Origin: Spirochaetota bacterium
Lineage (GTDB): Bacteria; Spirochaetota; UBA4802; UBA5550
Assembly (NCBI GenBank): GCA_963664815.2
Contig: CAXXHB010000003.1
Coordinates: 4,160,001 to 4,224,000, forward strand
Direction of reading: 5' to 3'
DNA length: 64,000 nt
The notes beneath the pieces were generated by a model. The model saw only the letters and a program-made list of their open reading frames with translations, had not been told where the DNA came from and ran no database searches. Below, piece by piece: positions 39,099 through 49,892 of the stretch (the stretch's first letter is position 1; each line of letters starts with the position of its first letter). The translations under genes and the position numbers were made by a program.

Positions 39099-39121
39099 AA
39101 AACTGCAGACGAGGGAATATT

Positions 39122-39646
39122 ATGATACTTGCCGACATTGAAGTTAAAACATCCGAAATCGATGGTTGTGGAGTATTCCTTACCCGGAATGTATGTAAAG
39201 GTGAACTCCTCATCATTTATACTTACGGCATCAGTGAACTGATACACAAAGATCGACATGATAAGGCATGCAGCGATTTTATAAATTCACCGGAACCGGA
39301 TATAGTAGATTCAAGTGTAAGATATATTTATAACTGGTTTATTTACGACTCATTTACAAGAAACAACAAATCATTCGGATGCAGCGAAAGTGACTTTGTA
39401 AACCATTCATTTAATCCTTCTATGATATATCACTGCGGACTCTGTTTCGCAGCAAGGGATCTGAAAGCAGGTGAGGAGCTGACTGTTGACTATCGTTTTT
39501 TTCTTTCCGAAGACGTTAATGGTTTCACTGATATGAAAAGTGGCAGGTATATCAAAGGTTTAAACGGGAAAAAAGCTTTTATTTCATCTCTAAAAAAACT
39601 GAATGAAATATTTAAAGATGACCCGCTGTACGGGGAAGAGGATTAA
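39122..39646 (+). CDS. SET domain protein (putative protein-lysine methyltransferase)
   Basis: SEIDGCGVF, FVNHSFNPS, FAARDLKAGEELTVDY; GAGGG RBS. Confidence 0.9.
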   Translation: MILADIEVKTSEIDGCGVFLTRNVCKGELLIIYTYGISELIHKDRHDKACSDFINSPEPDIVDSSVRYIYNWFIYDSFTRNNKSFGCSESDFVNHSFNPSMIYHCGLCFAARDLKAGEELTVDYRFFLSEDVNGFTDMKSGRYIKGLNGKKAFISSLKKLNEIFKDDPLYGEED

Positions 39647-39855
39647 CTGGTATTTAAATATAATAATATCAATCAGTTTCCAGACTTAACAACCCTACGT
39701 CCTAAAGGAAAAAGGAATTATCTTTTGTGACAGAAAATAATTTATTAAAAAGCAGATTGCGCTTTGAACCCTATTTGATACAGATGCTATCTGGAATGAG
39801 AGCAGCCACGAAGCAGGGTCTCATGTATAATAGAATATGAAAAAAGGAAATATTT

Positions 39856-40443
39856 ATGAGAATCGGGATTACAGGAATTTTTGCTTCAGGCAAGGGAACA
39901 GTCTGCGAGATGTTCAGAGAGCTTGGTGCTGATGTAATTGATACTGATATAGTTGCAAGAGAGATTATGGAACCTGGACAGGAAGGATTAAAAAGTATTA
40001 TTGAAGTTTTCGGATCAGAGTTCATTAATAGTGACGGGACGCTGAATAGAAGACGTTTTGCAAACTCCGTATTTGGAAATAATGAAAAAGTAAAGATTCT
40101 TAACGAAATTACTCACCCGGCTATACAAAAAATTGTTGTTGAAAGAAGTTCCGGAGAAGGGATATATATGATTAATACACCCCTCCTTTTTGAGTCGGAA
40201 TTTGATAAAATCATGAAATATAATGTTGTAGTAACCGCCGGAGCTAATCAGGTGCTTTCTCGTGGTATTAAAAGAGATAAAATTTCTGAAGAAGAGATAA
40301 AAGAAAGACTTAAACATCAAATTCCGCTTAATGAAAAAGTTAAACTTGCCGATTATATTATAGATAATTCAGGTACTATTGATCAAACTAAAAGGCAGGT
40401 TGTTGATTTATGGAAAATTTTGATCCAAAACCAAACGCAGTAA
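39856..40443 (+). CDS. coaE: Dephospho-CoA kinase
   Basis: IGITGIFASGKGTV, DTDIVAR, LNEITHP, PLLFE, ADYIIDNSG. Confidence 0.95.
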   Translation: MRIGITGIFASGKGTVCEMFRELGADVIDTDIVAREIMEPGQEGLKSIIEVFGSEFINSDGTLNRRRFANSVFGNNEKVKILNEITHPAIQKIVVERSSGEGIYMINTPLLFESEFDKIMKYNVVVTAGANQVLSRGIKRDKISEEEIKERLKHQIPLNEKVKLADYIIDNSGTIDQTKRQVVDLWKILIQNQTQ

Positions 40444-41264
40444 AGGAAAAAAATCTATATATTGTTCATCTTGACACCCCCAGAATAATTATTCTTTCAT
40501 CAGTCATCGTTGGAATTATAGCTGCGGCTTTTCTTCTTGGAATGAGTTTCATGAAAGATGATAAGCCAGCTTCCAAAGAGTTAAGTATAAGCGGAATGAA
40601 TTTTAATGATAGTAAAACAACTGATATGCTTGGTTCTGAAATCCCTCCAATACCTACCGAAAATACTGAAGATGGAAACATTGAAGATAAATCAGCCATG
40701 GTTAATGCAAATAAAAATAATTTAGCGATTAAGGAAGAAAAAAAACAACCTCAGGCTAATGAACTGGCTGTTGCCAAAGATGAAATTAAGCATGATAAAA
40801 ATGATGTTCTTACTAATGAGAATATTAAAGAAATAATTCCGCCGGCAGGAAAGATTAATTCCCCAAAAAAAACCGAGAAAATCGCAAAACATGAGAAAAA
40901 AACAGAGAAAGAAAATAGTAAGAAAATAGCAAACAGAGTTGATAAAAAGCGTGAAAATAAACATGAGCTTACAAACAGTAAAAGCAAGATTTATGAAGTA
41001 TCTCATAATGTGAATGAAAAGAAAAATATTGATTCCTACTCTATTCAAGTTGCATCTTATGACACTCAGAATAAAGCTGAAAATGAAAAATCACTACTTA
41101 AATCGAAAAAATATGATGCATATGTCGACAAGAGTTCGGTTAACGGTAAAACTTATTTCAGGGTAAGAATCGGACCTCTCTCTTCATCAAAACAGGCTTA
41201 CGACCTTCTCAATGAAGTTCAGAGAGAATCCCGTTACACGTCAAGTTATATGGTAAAAGAATAG
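40410..41264 (+). CDS. SPOR domain membrane protein
   Basis: Single TM, Lys/Glu-rich linker, C-terminal YSIQVASY..A..L..YFRVRIGP. Confidence 0.9.
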   Translation: MENFDPKPNAVKEKNLYIVHLDTPRIIILSSVIVGIIAAAFLLGMSFMKDDKPASKELSISGMNFNDSKTTDMLGSEIPPIPTENTEDGNIEDKSAMVNANKNNLAIKEEKKQPQANELAVAKDEIKHDKNDVLTNENIKEIIPPAGKINSPKKTEKIAKHEKKTEKENSKKIANRVDKKRENKHELTNSKSKIYEVSHNVNEKKNIDSYSIQVASYDTQNKAENEKSLLKSKKYDAYVDKSSVNGKTYFRVRIGPLSSSKQAYDLLNEVQRESRYTSSYMVKE

Positions 41265-41359
41265 AATTTTATTATTATGGACAGATATGAAAATTCCTTT
41301 TTTGCAACCAAAGGAAATCATGCAGGTCTATCATTAAACTACTGCCATTGTATGTATAG

Positions 41360-41391
41360 AAGAAAAGCGACATGTTTTTGTCGCTTTTCTT
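41360..41391. terminator. Intrinsic terminator
   Basis: Perfect 13-bp inverted repeat AAGAAAAGCGACA-tgtttt-TGTCGCTTTTCTT followed by a T-rich tract. Confidence 0.8.
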
Positions 41392-41459
41392 TATTTATTT
41401 TGACGATATAATAGCTTATAGTTTGTTATAAATTTAAAGATTTATCGCCGGAGGTTGTT

Positions 41460-42104
41460 ATGTATTCAATATTCAGCGCAACAAAAGACCTGGTAATGAA
41501 AATCGATTCATTTATTGATCTTGTTATTGAAGCCGTTCTTCATTTTGAAGAGGGTCTAAATCTTTATCTTTCAGGAAAAGAAGATGAATTTAATGAAAGG
41601 CTTGATATAATTAAAATTCTTGAGGAGCGTGCTGACGATTTAAGACAGGATATTGAAGCCCAGTTATACGTTCAAACACTTATTCCTGAGTCCAGAGGGG
41701 ATGTGCTAGGTATACTTGAAAGCATGGATGATATAATTGATTTTTCCAAATCGATTATGTTCGAGTTTTTCGTCGAAAAACCTGATATCCCGCCCTCACT
41801 TCACGAAAGGATTAAAAAGCTTGCAGAGACTGCCGTTGACTCAACACAGGCGCTTGTACAGTCCACAAGATCATATTTTTATGATGTAAACAGCGTAAAA
41901 GACCATCTCCACAAAGTTACATTTTTTGAAAACGAATCAGACCATCTATCAGAAAAAGCTAAAAGAGAAATTTTTCAGCTGAATATTGACCTGAGCAGGA
42001 AACTTCACCTTAAAAATTTTGTTGTTTCGATAGATTCTATTTCAGATATTGCGGAAAAGATATCAAACAGGCTCTCCATCGCGGCAATGAAAAGGACAGT
42101 TTGA
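41460..42104 (+). CDS. DUF47 / PhoU-like phosphate transport regulator
   Basis: LEERADDLRQDI..LIPESRGD..MDDIID, ENESD, ISDIAE; adjacent to Pit. Confidence 0.9.
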   Translation: MYSIFSATKDLVMKIDSFIDLVIEAVLHFEEGLNLYLSGKEDEFNERLDIIKILEERADDLRQDIEAQLYVQTLIPESRGDVLGILESMDDIIDFSKSIMFEFFVEKPDIPPSLHERIKKLAETAVDSTQALVQSTRSYFYDVNSVKDHLHKVTFFENESDHLSEKAKREIFQLNIDLSRKLHLKNFVVSIDSISDIAEKISNRLSIAAMKRTV

Positions 42105-43585
42105 TGTCGATACTTATCTTTCTCTCCAGTGGTCTTTTTCTTGGATGGTCATTCGGCGCCAATAATGCGGGAAATGTCTTCGGAACTGCAGTGGGATCAA
42201 AAATGGTAAGTTTCAAAGTCGCAGCTATTGTAACAAGTATCTTCCTTATACTCGGTTCTTTTGTATCGGGAGCCGGGGCCACCCTTACACTTGGGAAACT
42301 TGGTTCAGTAAATGAAATCGGTGGTTCTTTTATAGTAGCCCTTGCTGCGGCAGTTGCTATATTCTGGATGACAAAACTTAACCTCCCGGTTTCCACTGCC
42401 CAGTCAATAGTTGGTTCAATAATTGGATGGAACTTTTTTTCAGGATCAATAACTGATTACGAATCATTAATGAAAATAGTTTCGAGCTGGGTTGTTGCAC
42501 CATTAATATCAGGGGTATTCGCTGTTTTTATATACTTTTTGGTAAGACGCCTCCTCGGACGGATAAAAATACACATTCTCTTTCTTGATTTTTACAACCG
42601 AATAGGACTTATTATAGTCGGAGGTTTCGGGGCATACTCACTCGGTGCTAATAACATTGCAAATGTAATGGGCGTCTTCGTTCCTGTAGTTCCATTTAGA
42701 CCTATGGAAACATATCTTGGTGCAATTTCAGGGAGTGAACAGCTTTTTATAATAGGCGGAATAGCCATGGCCGTGGGTGTCTGTACATTCTCTGCAAAAA
42801 CCATGCAGACTGTTGGTAATAATATAATACCACTGACACCGATCACCGCCCTTGTAGTGGTTTTTTCATCATCAACCGTTCTCTTCCTTTTTTCTTCTCA
42901 GAATCTTGAACGACTGCTTGTAACCCATGGACTTCCAGCTATTCCACTTGTACCGATATCAAGCGCACAGGCTGTTGTCGGCGCTATCATCGGCATAGGT
43001 TTGTATAAGGGCGGAGGTAGTATAAATTATAAAATTCTGGGTAAAATAGCTTCCGGTTGGATTACTGCCCCGCTTCTTGCTTGTGTTATAAGCTTTGTTT
43101 CTCTTTTTGTTATTCAGAACGTATTTAACCAGCCGGTTTACAGGCCTGTAAGATATAATATGTCTGCAGGTGTTGAAAAAAAACTCATGGCAGAAGGGAT
43201 AACCTTTCAGGGTATGGAACAATTTGTAAACAAAGAGTTTAAGAATGCTATAGAGTTTAAAAAAGCAATAATCGGTAAGGCCACCGATCTTGAAAACTCA
43301 GATATTAGCCGAATTGTTGAACTTTCGGAGCTTAAAACTATTACTGTCAACACAGATATTATTGAATATGAGATCAATCAGGGTTGGTTCACATCTGAAC
43401 AGGCGGAATCTTTAAAAAAACTGAATGGCAAAAGTTTTGTGTACTCATGGGAGCTTCGTGAAGAGCTTGAAGCAGCTACACAGGACTGGAGGCTTAAAAA
43501 AGAGACTCCTGAAGGGAGGCATATAAATAAAAACATCAACTCAAGGCTTGATTATATCTATAAAAAATTCTGGATAAGTAAATAA
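42101..43585 (+). CDS. Inorganic phosphate transporter (PiT family) with soluble C-terminal extension
   Basis: GANNAGNVFGTAVGS and GANNIANVMG signature repeats, LPVSTAQ, PISSAQAVVG. Confidence 0.92.
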   Translation: MMSILIFLSSGLFLGWSFGANNAGNVFGTAVGSKMVSFKVAAIVTSIFLILGSFVSGAGATLTLGKLGSVNEIGGSFIVALAAAVAIFWMTKLNLPVSTAQSIVGSIIGWNFFSGSITDYESLMKIVSSWVVAPLISGVFAVFIYFLVRRLLGRIKIHILFLDFYNRIGLIIVGGFGAYSLGANNIANVMGVFVPVVPFRPMETYLGAISGSEQLFIIGGIAMAVGVCTFSAKTMQTVGNNIIPLTPITALVVVFSSSTVLFLFSSQNLERLLVTHGLPAIPLVPISSAQAVVGAIIGIGLYKGGGSINYKILGKIASGWITAPLLACVISFVSLFVIQNVFNQPVYRPVRYNMSAGVEKKLMAEGITFQGMEQFVNKEFKNAIEFKKAIIGKATDLENSDISRIVELSELKTITVNTDIIEYEINQGWFTSEQAESLKKLNGKSFVYSWELREELEAATQDWRLKKETPEGRHINKNINSRLDYIYKKFWISK

Positions 43586-43803
43586 ATTGTTTTTAAAAGC
43601 CATAAAACATTTATAAAAAAGTTGGGGGAATCTGCTCTTTAAAAAATTTACTCTTTGATTTAAATTGAATAAGCCCTGATAAATCAGACTCTTCATGAAG
43701 TGAAGGGGAAAGCCGTTATTACCGAGATTAATAAGATAAACAAATACAACGCATGCCCTCTGAAGTGTAATGACAGGGAAGTCAGGATTTCAGATTATCC
43801 AGA

Positions 43804-44208
43804 TCAATTTATATCCTCTCTTGAAAGCATTTCTTCAATTTCATCAGCTTTTGCCGCAACATAAATCAACGATTTCATAAATCTTCTCGGCTCACAGTTC
43901 TCTAACAATACAGTATTGTGCAACACAAGTGTATTATTATCAAGGGCCAGTGCACCATAATCAAATGTAAGATTCTGCTGCAGCGCATTTTTATACAAAT
44001 CCCATGTATTTTCTTTCAATGAGGCTATAACAGAATGATAATGTATTACTCTGTCTCCTGATTCATCCTTTTTTAAATATACAAGAATATCCTGGGATCT
44101 TCCATTATCGAATTCAAGTGTAGTTGTATAATTTCCTTTTCTATCCTTATGAAATGGCATCTTGAATTCACTCGCAATTGCTGATATAAAACCGTCAAAA
44201 ATTTCCAT
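43804..44208 (-). CDS. CesT/YbjN-fold chaperone-like protein
   Basis: GRSQ.ILV, ALQQNLTFDYGALAL, VAAKADEIEE.L..ED; ATG at 44208 after GAGGT. Confidence 0.65.
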   Translation of the reverse strand: MEIFDGFISAIASEFKMPFHKDRKGNYTTTLEFDNGRSQDILVYLKKDESGDRVIHYHSVIASLKENTWDLYKNALQQNLTFDYGALALDNNTLVLHNTVLLENCEPRRFMKSLIYVAAKADEIEEMLSREDIN

Positions 44209-44488
44209 TTTTACCTCTGACAAAATTTAATAATATTATTCATCTGTATTAATTTATTAACTTTCATAAACAAAATAAACTATTATCTTATAATTACTTA
44301 AGGATGCTTAGAAATAATAATGTATTTTTTTATTCCGAAAAATACATTTAAAAAGTAATTTATTATTACAGTATACTAAATAAAAGTCAAGTTTGAAATT
44401 TATCTGTTGATTCAACTGGTATTTTTTATTGACATGCTTCTTAATGAAAGACATCTTAAATATAGCTCCTGATGAAAGGATAATTTTT

Positions 44489-45376
44489 ATGATAGAAGGT
44501 ATCTTTGTTGAAGGTTTGATATATGGAATAATGGTTCTCGGTGTTTTTATAACCTACAGAATTCTCGATTTCCCGGACCTCACTGTTGATGGATCATTTC
44601 CAATGGGAGCCGCGATAATGGCTTCGCTTATTGTGAATGGATATAATATATTTTTTGCGCTCCTTGCCGCTTTCGCAGGAGGTGTTTCTGCGGGAGTTGT
44701 TACTGCGACAATTCATAACAGACTCAAAGTTCCAAACCTCCTTGCAGGAATACTAACAATGACAATGCTCTGGTCCATTAATATACGGATATTGGGAAAC
44801 AGAGCAAATCTTCCGCTGCTTCAGAATCATACAATAATTACAGACATTGTTGCTGAGACAGAGAGTTTTATTCCACGAGAATATTCAGTACTTATATTTT
44901 TTTTTCTCGTAGCTATAATAATAAAAATTTTACTCGATCTTTTCTTTAAAACAGATATGGGTTTGACTCTTGGTGCTCTTGGTAATAACCAGCAGATGGT
45001 CATTTCACAGGGAGTTAACATAAACATTATGAAAGCTATCGGTGTAGGTCTCTCTAACGGTCTTGTTGCCGTTTCTGGCGCCTTCGCAGCACAATATCAG
45101 GGTTTTGCGGATGTTGGCCTCGGTACAGGCATAGTTATAGTCGGGCTAGCATCAGTGATGATCGGTGAATTTATTGTTACTTCTAACAAAATATGGGTAC
45201 TCACACTGAGAGTACTTGCTGGATCAATAGCCTATAAAGCCATCATGTACCTTGGGCGGTATTATGGTTACCACATCGGGCTTACACCTAATGACCTTAA
45301 GCTGATTGCAGGTCTTCTTATTATTTTATGCCTGATGATAGCACAGGGTAAAAATAAAAATGTTTTGAAAAGGTAA
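44489..45376 (+). CDS. ABC transporter permease (putative aromatic amino acid family)
   Basis: RILDFPDLTVDGSFPMG, LLAGILTM, INIRILG, GLSNGLVA.SGA..AQYQGFADV; start at 44489 after AAGGA. Confidence 0.9.
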   Translation: MIEGIFVEGLIYGIMVLGVFITYRILDFPDLTVDGSFPMGAAIMASLIVNGYNIFFALLAAFAGGVSAGVVTATIHNRLKVPNLLAGILTMTMLWSINIRILGNRANLPLLQNHTIITDIVAETESFIPREYSVLIFFFLVAIIIKILLDLFFKTDMGLTLGALGNNQQMVISQGVNINIMKAIGVGLSNGLVAVSGAFAAQYQGFADVGLGTGIVIVGLASVMIGEFIVTSNKIWVLTLRVLAGSIAYKAIMYLGRYYGYHIGLTPNDLKLIAGLLIILCLMIAQGKNKNVLKR

Positions 45377-45380
45377 AAAA

Positions 45381-46178
45381 ATGATCAGGCTTGAAGATAT
45401 AAAAAAGGTTTTCCACGAAGGGACGGTTAATGAAAATACCGCCCTTAAAAATATCAATTTAACAGTAAATGAAGGAGATTTTATTACCATTATTGGGAGC
45501 AATGGAGCCGGAAAAACTACCCTGTTCAATACTATTTCAGGATCGGTTCCCCTTACTGCGGGTCAGATTTTTTTTAACAATGAAAACATAACAAAAATTC
45601 CAGAGTACAGGAGAGCAAAATTTATCGGTAGAATTTTCCAGGATCCGCTTCTCGGAACCGCATCGAATATGAGCCTTGAAGACAACATGATGATCTGTAA
45701 CAGGAAAGGATTTAAAGGACTTAAAATCAGTTTAAACAGTAAAACAAAGGAAATATTCCGGAATGAACTTAAACTTCTCCAAATGGGACTTGAAGACAGG
45801 ATGGAACACAACCTTCAGCTTTTTTCGGGCGGGCAGAGGCAGGCTCTTACTCTTCTTATGACAGTATTGTCAAATCCTGCCCTTATACTCCTTGACGAAC
45901 ATACAGCCGCGCTTGACCCGAAAAATGCAGCGATTGTCCTTGAACTGACAGACAGATTTATATCTGAAAGAAAACTTACCGCAATGATGATAACACATAA
46001 TATGAGCCAGGCCATTAAATACGGCAACCGTACCCTGATGATGCACAAGGGAGAAATTATACTCGACATTTCCGGAGAAGAGAAAAAGGATATGACTGTC
46101 GAAGGACTTGTTCAGAAGTTCTATACGGTTAAAAATGAACTGTTGACAAACGATGAAGTACTTCTATCGCATGAGTAA
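45381..46178 (+). CDS. ABC transporter ATP-binding protein
   Basis: GSNGAGKTT, FQDP, FSGGQRQ, LLDEHTAALDP, ITH. Confidence 0.93.
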   Translation: MIRLEDIKKVFHEGTVNENTALKNINLTVNEGDFITIIGSNGAGKTTLFNTISGSVPLTAGQIFFNNENITKIPEYRRAKFIGRIFQDPLLGTASNMSLEDNMMICNRKGFKGLKISLNSKTKEIFRNELKLLQMGLEDRMEHNLQLFSGGQRQALTLLMTVLSNPALILLDEHTAALDPKNAAIVLELTDRFISERKLTAMMITHNMSQAIKYGNRTLMMHKGEIILDISGEEKKDMTVEGLVQKFYTVKNELLTNDEVLLSHE

Positions 46179-46259
46179 TTGAGAGTAAAAGTATCTGAAG
46201 ATGAAACTGATAGAGCTATCCATCCATTTGTTTTAAAAGGTTATTATTAACTATAAACA

Positions 46260-48077
46260 TTACATTTCTGCACTCTCATAAACCTTAATAAACCTGTCCA
46301 CCAGTTCTCCGAAATGTTTAATTGCTCTCTCAATCGGGGCAGATGTGCTCATATCAACACCCGCATCAACAAGTGCATCAAGTGGATACTTGCTGCCTCC
46401 AAGTTTAAGAAAGCCTAGATATGCATCACGTGCGGATTTCCCTCCTGAAATAACTTTGTCAGCAAGAGCAATAGCGGCGGAGATACCAGTTGCATACTTA
46501 TAAACATAAAATGCCGAGTAAAAGTGTGGTATCCTCAGACACTCAAGTGTCAACACATCATCTATGAAAAGTTTATCTCCAAAGTAGGTTTCAAGGAGTA
46601 CCCTGTACTCGCGCATAATAACCTCAAGCGTCAGAGGATCATTCTGCTCGACAATTTTATGGGAACGCATTTCAAATTCGGCAAACATTGTCTGTCTGTA
46701 CAGAGTCGCCCTGATGTTGTCAATCTCCCTGTTTAGGATATATCCCTGCATCTTTGCGTCATCTCTATAAAGATCAAGCAGGTACCTGCTCAGAAGAGTT
46801 TCGTTGAATGTTGAAGCAACCTCGGCTACAAATATGGTATAATCGCTGAGAATATACGGCTGCGCATGTTTTGAATAGTATGAATGCATTGAATGACCGG
46901 CTTCATGTATAAGCGTATAAAGGCTGTTAATATTTTTGTCTTCATAGTTTAGAAGGATATAAGGGGGAGAGTCATAGCATCCCGATGAATATGCTCCGCT
47001 TCTCTTGCCTTTATTCTCATAACGGTCAACCCATCCTCCAAGAAGACCTTCTCTCATAATCGTTGTATACTCCTCTCCAAGTGTGGCAAGAGATTTTACG
47101 CATATCTCCACCGCCTCATCATATGTCATACTGAAATTAACATCACCTACAAGCGGAACATATGTATCGTAGAAATGAAGTATGTCAAGATTGAGTGTTT
47201 CTCTCCTGAAATCGAGGTATTTAAACAGCGGTGCAGTATTGTTCCTCACTGTACCGACAAGATTATCATATACTTTCTCCGGCATATTGTCCGTGAAGAG
47301 TGAAGCCTCCCTGCTATTCTTAAACTTTCTCACTTTTGCGTAGAAGCTGTCTTTCTTGTTTGAGTGATCAAGTGTCGCGGCAACAGTATTTTTCACATTT
47401 ATATAGGACTGGTAATACTGGAAAAAAGCCTGACTGCGTATATCTCTATCGGAATCCTGTAAAAATGTACTGAAATTTCCATGGCTTAATTCCACTTCAT
47501 TTCCTTCACGGTCGGAAATAGTGCCAAAAGTCATATCTGCATTATCGAGCTGGCTGAATATCTGCGACGGAGCATGGGCGACTTCTCCCATCATGGCGAT
47601 AACCTGCTCAATTTCTTTTGAAAGAGTATGAGGTTTAAATTTTAAAATCTTCTCCAGGTAAAACCTGTAATCTCTCATAGACGGATTGTCCATGTATGAT
47701 AGCACGATCTTTTCGTCAATTTCCTGGATCTCGGGAGTCATAAAGCTTGAAAGCTCGGATATCCTGGTGTAAAGGTTTACCGACCGCTGGTACATCGCAA
47801 GCGTAAACTGGTTTGTTTTATCTTCATCGCTTCTAAGGTGTGCATAGGTATAGATTTTTTCAGTCTCCCGTGAGATGTTCATGTCATATTCAAGCGAGTT
47901 TCTGAAGGTTTCAAGCGACTCACCCATATGCCCTTTGAATTTCTCATAACCGCTGATTTTTCCTTCAAGCTCATTGTATAGTTTTTCCCATTCATCATCA
48001 TTTTTTATCATTTGTGTGAGATCCCACTTATAATTATTGTTAATCTCGTTCCTTTCAGGTATATTTTTTAAAGCCAT
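46260..48077 (-). CDS. pepF: Oligoendopeptidase F (M3B)
   Basis: GKRSGAYS, HEAGHSMHS, FVAEVAS, RQTMFAEFE, RIPHFY..FYVYKYA. Confidence 0.96.
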   Translation of the reverse strand: MALKNIPERNEINNNYKWDLTQMIKNDDEWEKLYNELEGKISGYEKFKGHMGESLETFRNSLEYDMNISRETEKIYTYAHLRSDEDKTNQFTLAMYQRSVNLYTRISELSSFMTPEIQEIDEKIVLSYMDNPSMRDYRFYLEKILKFKPHTLSKEIEQVIAMMGEVAHAPSQIFSQLDNADMTFGTISDREGNEVELSHGNFSTFLQDSDRDIRSQAFFQYYQSYINVKNTVAATLDHSNKKDSFYAKVRKFKNSREASLFTDNMPEKVYDNLVGTVRNNTAPLFKYLDFRRETLNLDILHFYDTYVPLVGDVNFSMTYDEAVEICVKSLATLGEEYTTIMREGLLGGWVDRYENKGKRSGAYSSGCYDSPPYILLNYEDKNINSLYTLIHEAGHSMHSYYSKHAQPYILSDYTIFVAEVASTFNETLLSRYLLDLYRDDAKMQGYILNREIDNIRATLYRQTMFAEFEMRSHKIVEQNDPLTLEVIMREYRVLLETYFGDKLFIDDVLTLECLRIPHFYSAFYVYKYATGISAAIALADKVISGGKSARDAYLGFLKLGGSKYPLDALVDAGVDMSTSAPIERAIKHFGELVDRFIKVYESAEM

Positions 48078-48340
48078 TTAATTCTCTCCTAACCATATTT
48101 AATACAGAATACGCTTGAATATATAAATGGTCAAGTCCCTTAATAATCTTCCGTTTAAAAATTTTATCTTGATATAGTTATTTTAGAAATCAGAACAATT
48201 ATGTTCATCCTTGAATTGAAACATCAAACAAGAGTACTCTTTTTAAAATGCTTGATCTTTTACTGTCCTGAAACATTTTTGTCATTCACCGGATATTTTA
48301 AAAAACCCCGGATTTAAAAGCAGAAAAAGGTAAACAGCAG

Positions 48341-49837
48341 ATGATAAAAGTTTCAGGACTTAATAAATCCTACGGCGGCCAGGTACTCTTTGAAGACTTT
48401 AACCTGAATATAAATCGCGGAGAAAGAATAGGCCTCGTTGGAAGAAATGGTCATGGAAAATCAACACTTTTCCAGATTATTCTTGGACACACCGAAATTA
48501 ACTCAGGAAGCATCACTATCCCGAAGAATTACCGAATAGGGCATCTTGAACAGCATCTGCATTTTACGAAACCGACAGTTCTTGAAGAATGTTCACTAGG
48601 CCTTCCCGCAGGCGAAGAATATGAGACATGGAAAGTTGAAAAAATACTCTCAGGCCTTGGATTTTCAGAAAAGGATATGGGAAATGATCCATTACTGTTC
48701 TCCGGCGGATACCAGATACGTATGAACCTTGCAAAGCTTCTGGTATCAGACCCTGATATGTTGCTGCTTGATGAGCCCAACAATTATCTCGATATCGTGG
48801 CAATCAGATGGCTTGAGGATTTTCTTAAATCATGGGGCGGCGAATTTATTCTTATTACGCATGACAGAAGTTTTATGGACAGCGTTGCAACCCATATTGT
48901 CGCTATTCATCGAACTAAAGCTAAAAAAGTTGAAGGCGACACGGATAAACTTTACACCATGATAAATCAGGAAGAGGAGATTTATGAAAAAACCCGTCTG
49001 AACGAAGCAAAAAAAAGAAAGCAGGAGGAGATATTCATAGCAAAGTTCAAGGCAAAGGCAAGTTTCGCAAGCCGCACACAATCACGTGTAAAGAAGCTTG
49101 AAAAACAGGGAGAGATGAAAGCTCTAGAAATTATTGAAGATCTCGACTTATATTTCAACAGCGCACATTTCTCTGCAGGGCAGATGATATCAGTCGAAGA
49201 TATATCCTTTTCATATAACGGAATAGAACCATTCCTGATAGAAAACTTTTCTCTTACTGTTGGCAAACGCGACAGAATCTGTATCATCGGGAAAAACGGT
49301 AAAGGAAAATCAACACTTATCAAACTGCTTGCCGGCGAACTGAACCCGCTGAGTGGTACTATTAAGAAACATTCATCTCTGCTTGAAGGATATTTCGGAC
49401 AGACAAACAAGCTTGATCTTAACGATAACAGAGCCGTATTTGAGGAGATAAGAAGTGCGGATAAATCCTGCAATGAATTTAAAGCACGAAGCATTGCAGG
49501 GGGATTGATGTTTCCCGGAGATCATGCACTAAAAAAAATAAAAGTTTTATCCGGCGGAGAGAAGAGCCGTGTACTTCTTGGAAAAATTCTTGTCACGCCT
49601 TGTCACCTCCTCTTTCTTGATGAACCGACAAATCACCTTGATATGCAGTCCTGCGATTCACTTATAGAAGCCATTGATGATTTTGACGGATCAGTAATAA
49701 TGGTAACACACAATGAAATGCATTTAAAAAGCGTTGCAACAAAACTCATTGTATTTGACAATAACACGATAAGCATATTTCACGGCACGTACGATGAGTT
49801 TCTCACTGATGTCGGCTGGTCCGACGAGGAGTTTTAA
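48341..49837 (+). CDS. ABC-F family ATP-binding protein
   Basis: Two ABC domains ([19 protein letters not shown] and [20 protein letters not shown]) with a helical linker and no TM. Confidence 0.93.
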   Translation: MIKVSGLNKSYGGQVLFEDFNLNINRGERIGLVGRNGHGKSTLFQIILGHTEINSGSITIPKNYRIGHLEQHLHFTKPTVLEECSLGLPAGEEYETWKVEKILSGLGFSEKDMGNDPLLFSGGYQIRMNLAKLLVSDPDMLLLDEPNNYLDIVAIRWLEDFLKSWGGEFILITHDRSFMDSVATHIVAIHRTKAKKVEGDTDKLYTMINQEEEIYEKTRLNEAKKRKQEEIFIAKFKAKASFASRTQSRVKKLEKQGEMKALEIIEDLDLYFNSAHFSAGQMISVEDISFSYNGIEPFLIENFSLTVGKRDRICIIGKNGKGKSTLIKLLAGELNPLSGTIKKHSSLLEGYFGQTNKLDLNDNRAVFEEIRSADKSCNEFKARSIAGGLMFPGDHALKKIKVLSGGEKSRVLLGKILVTPCHLLFLDEPTNHLDMQSCDSLIEAIDDFDGSVIMVTHNEMHLKSVATKLIVFDNNTISIFHGTYDEFLTDVGWSDEEF

Positions 49838-49892
49838 AAAGGAGCTTAATAGGTATAAACTGCAATTCGCTTATAAAGAGAGGTTAGTACAT

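Noticed and set aside
39771-39835. SRP RNA or other RNA upstream of coaE
   Set aside because: Only short stems (CAGAT/ATCTG, ATGAGA/TCTCAT); the SRP domain IV motif CAGG..GGAA..AGCA is not properly formed.
43674-43714. Hammerhead-like CTGAT..hairpin..GAAA
   Set aside because: The core reads CTGATAA rather than CTGANGA, has extra bases before the stem, and lacks stems I and III.
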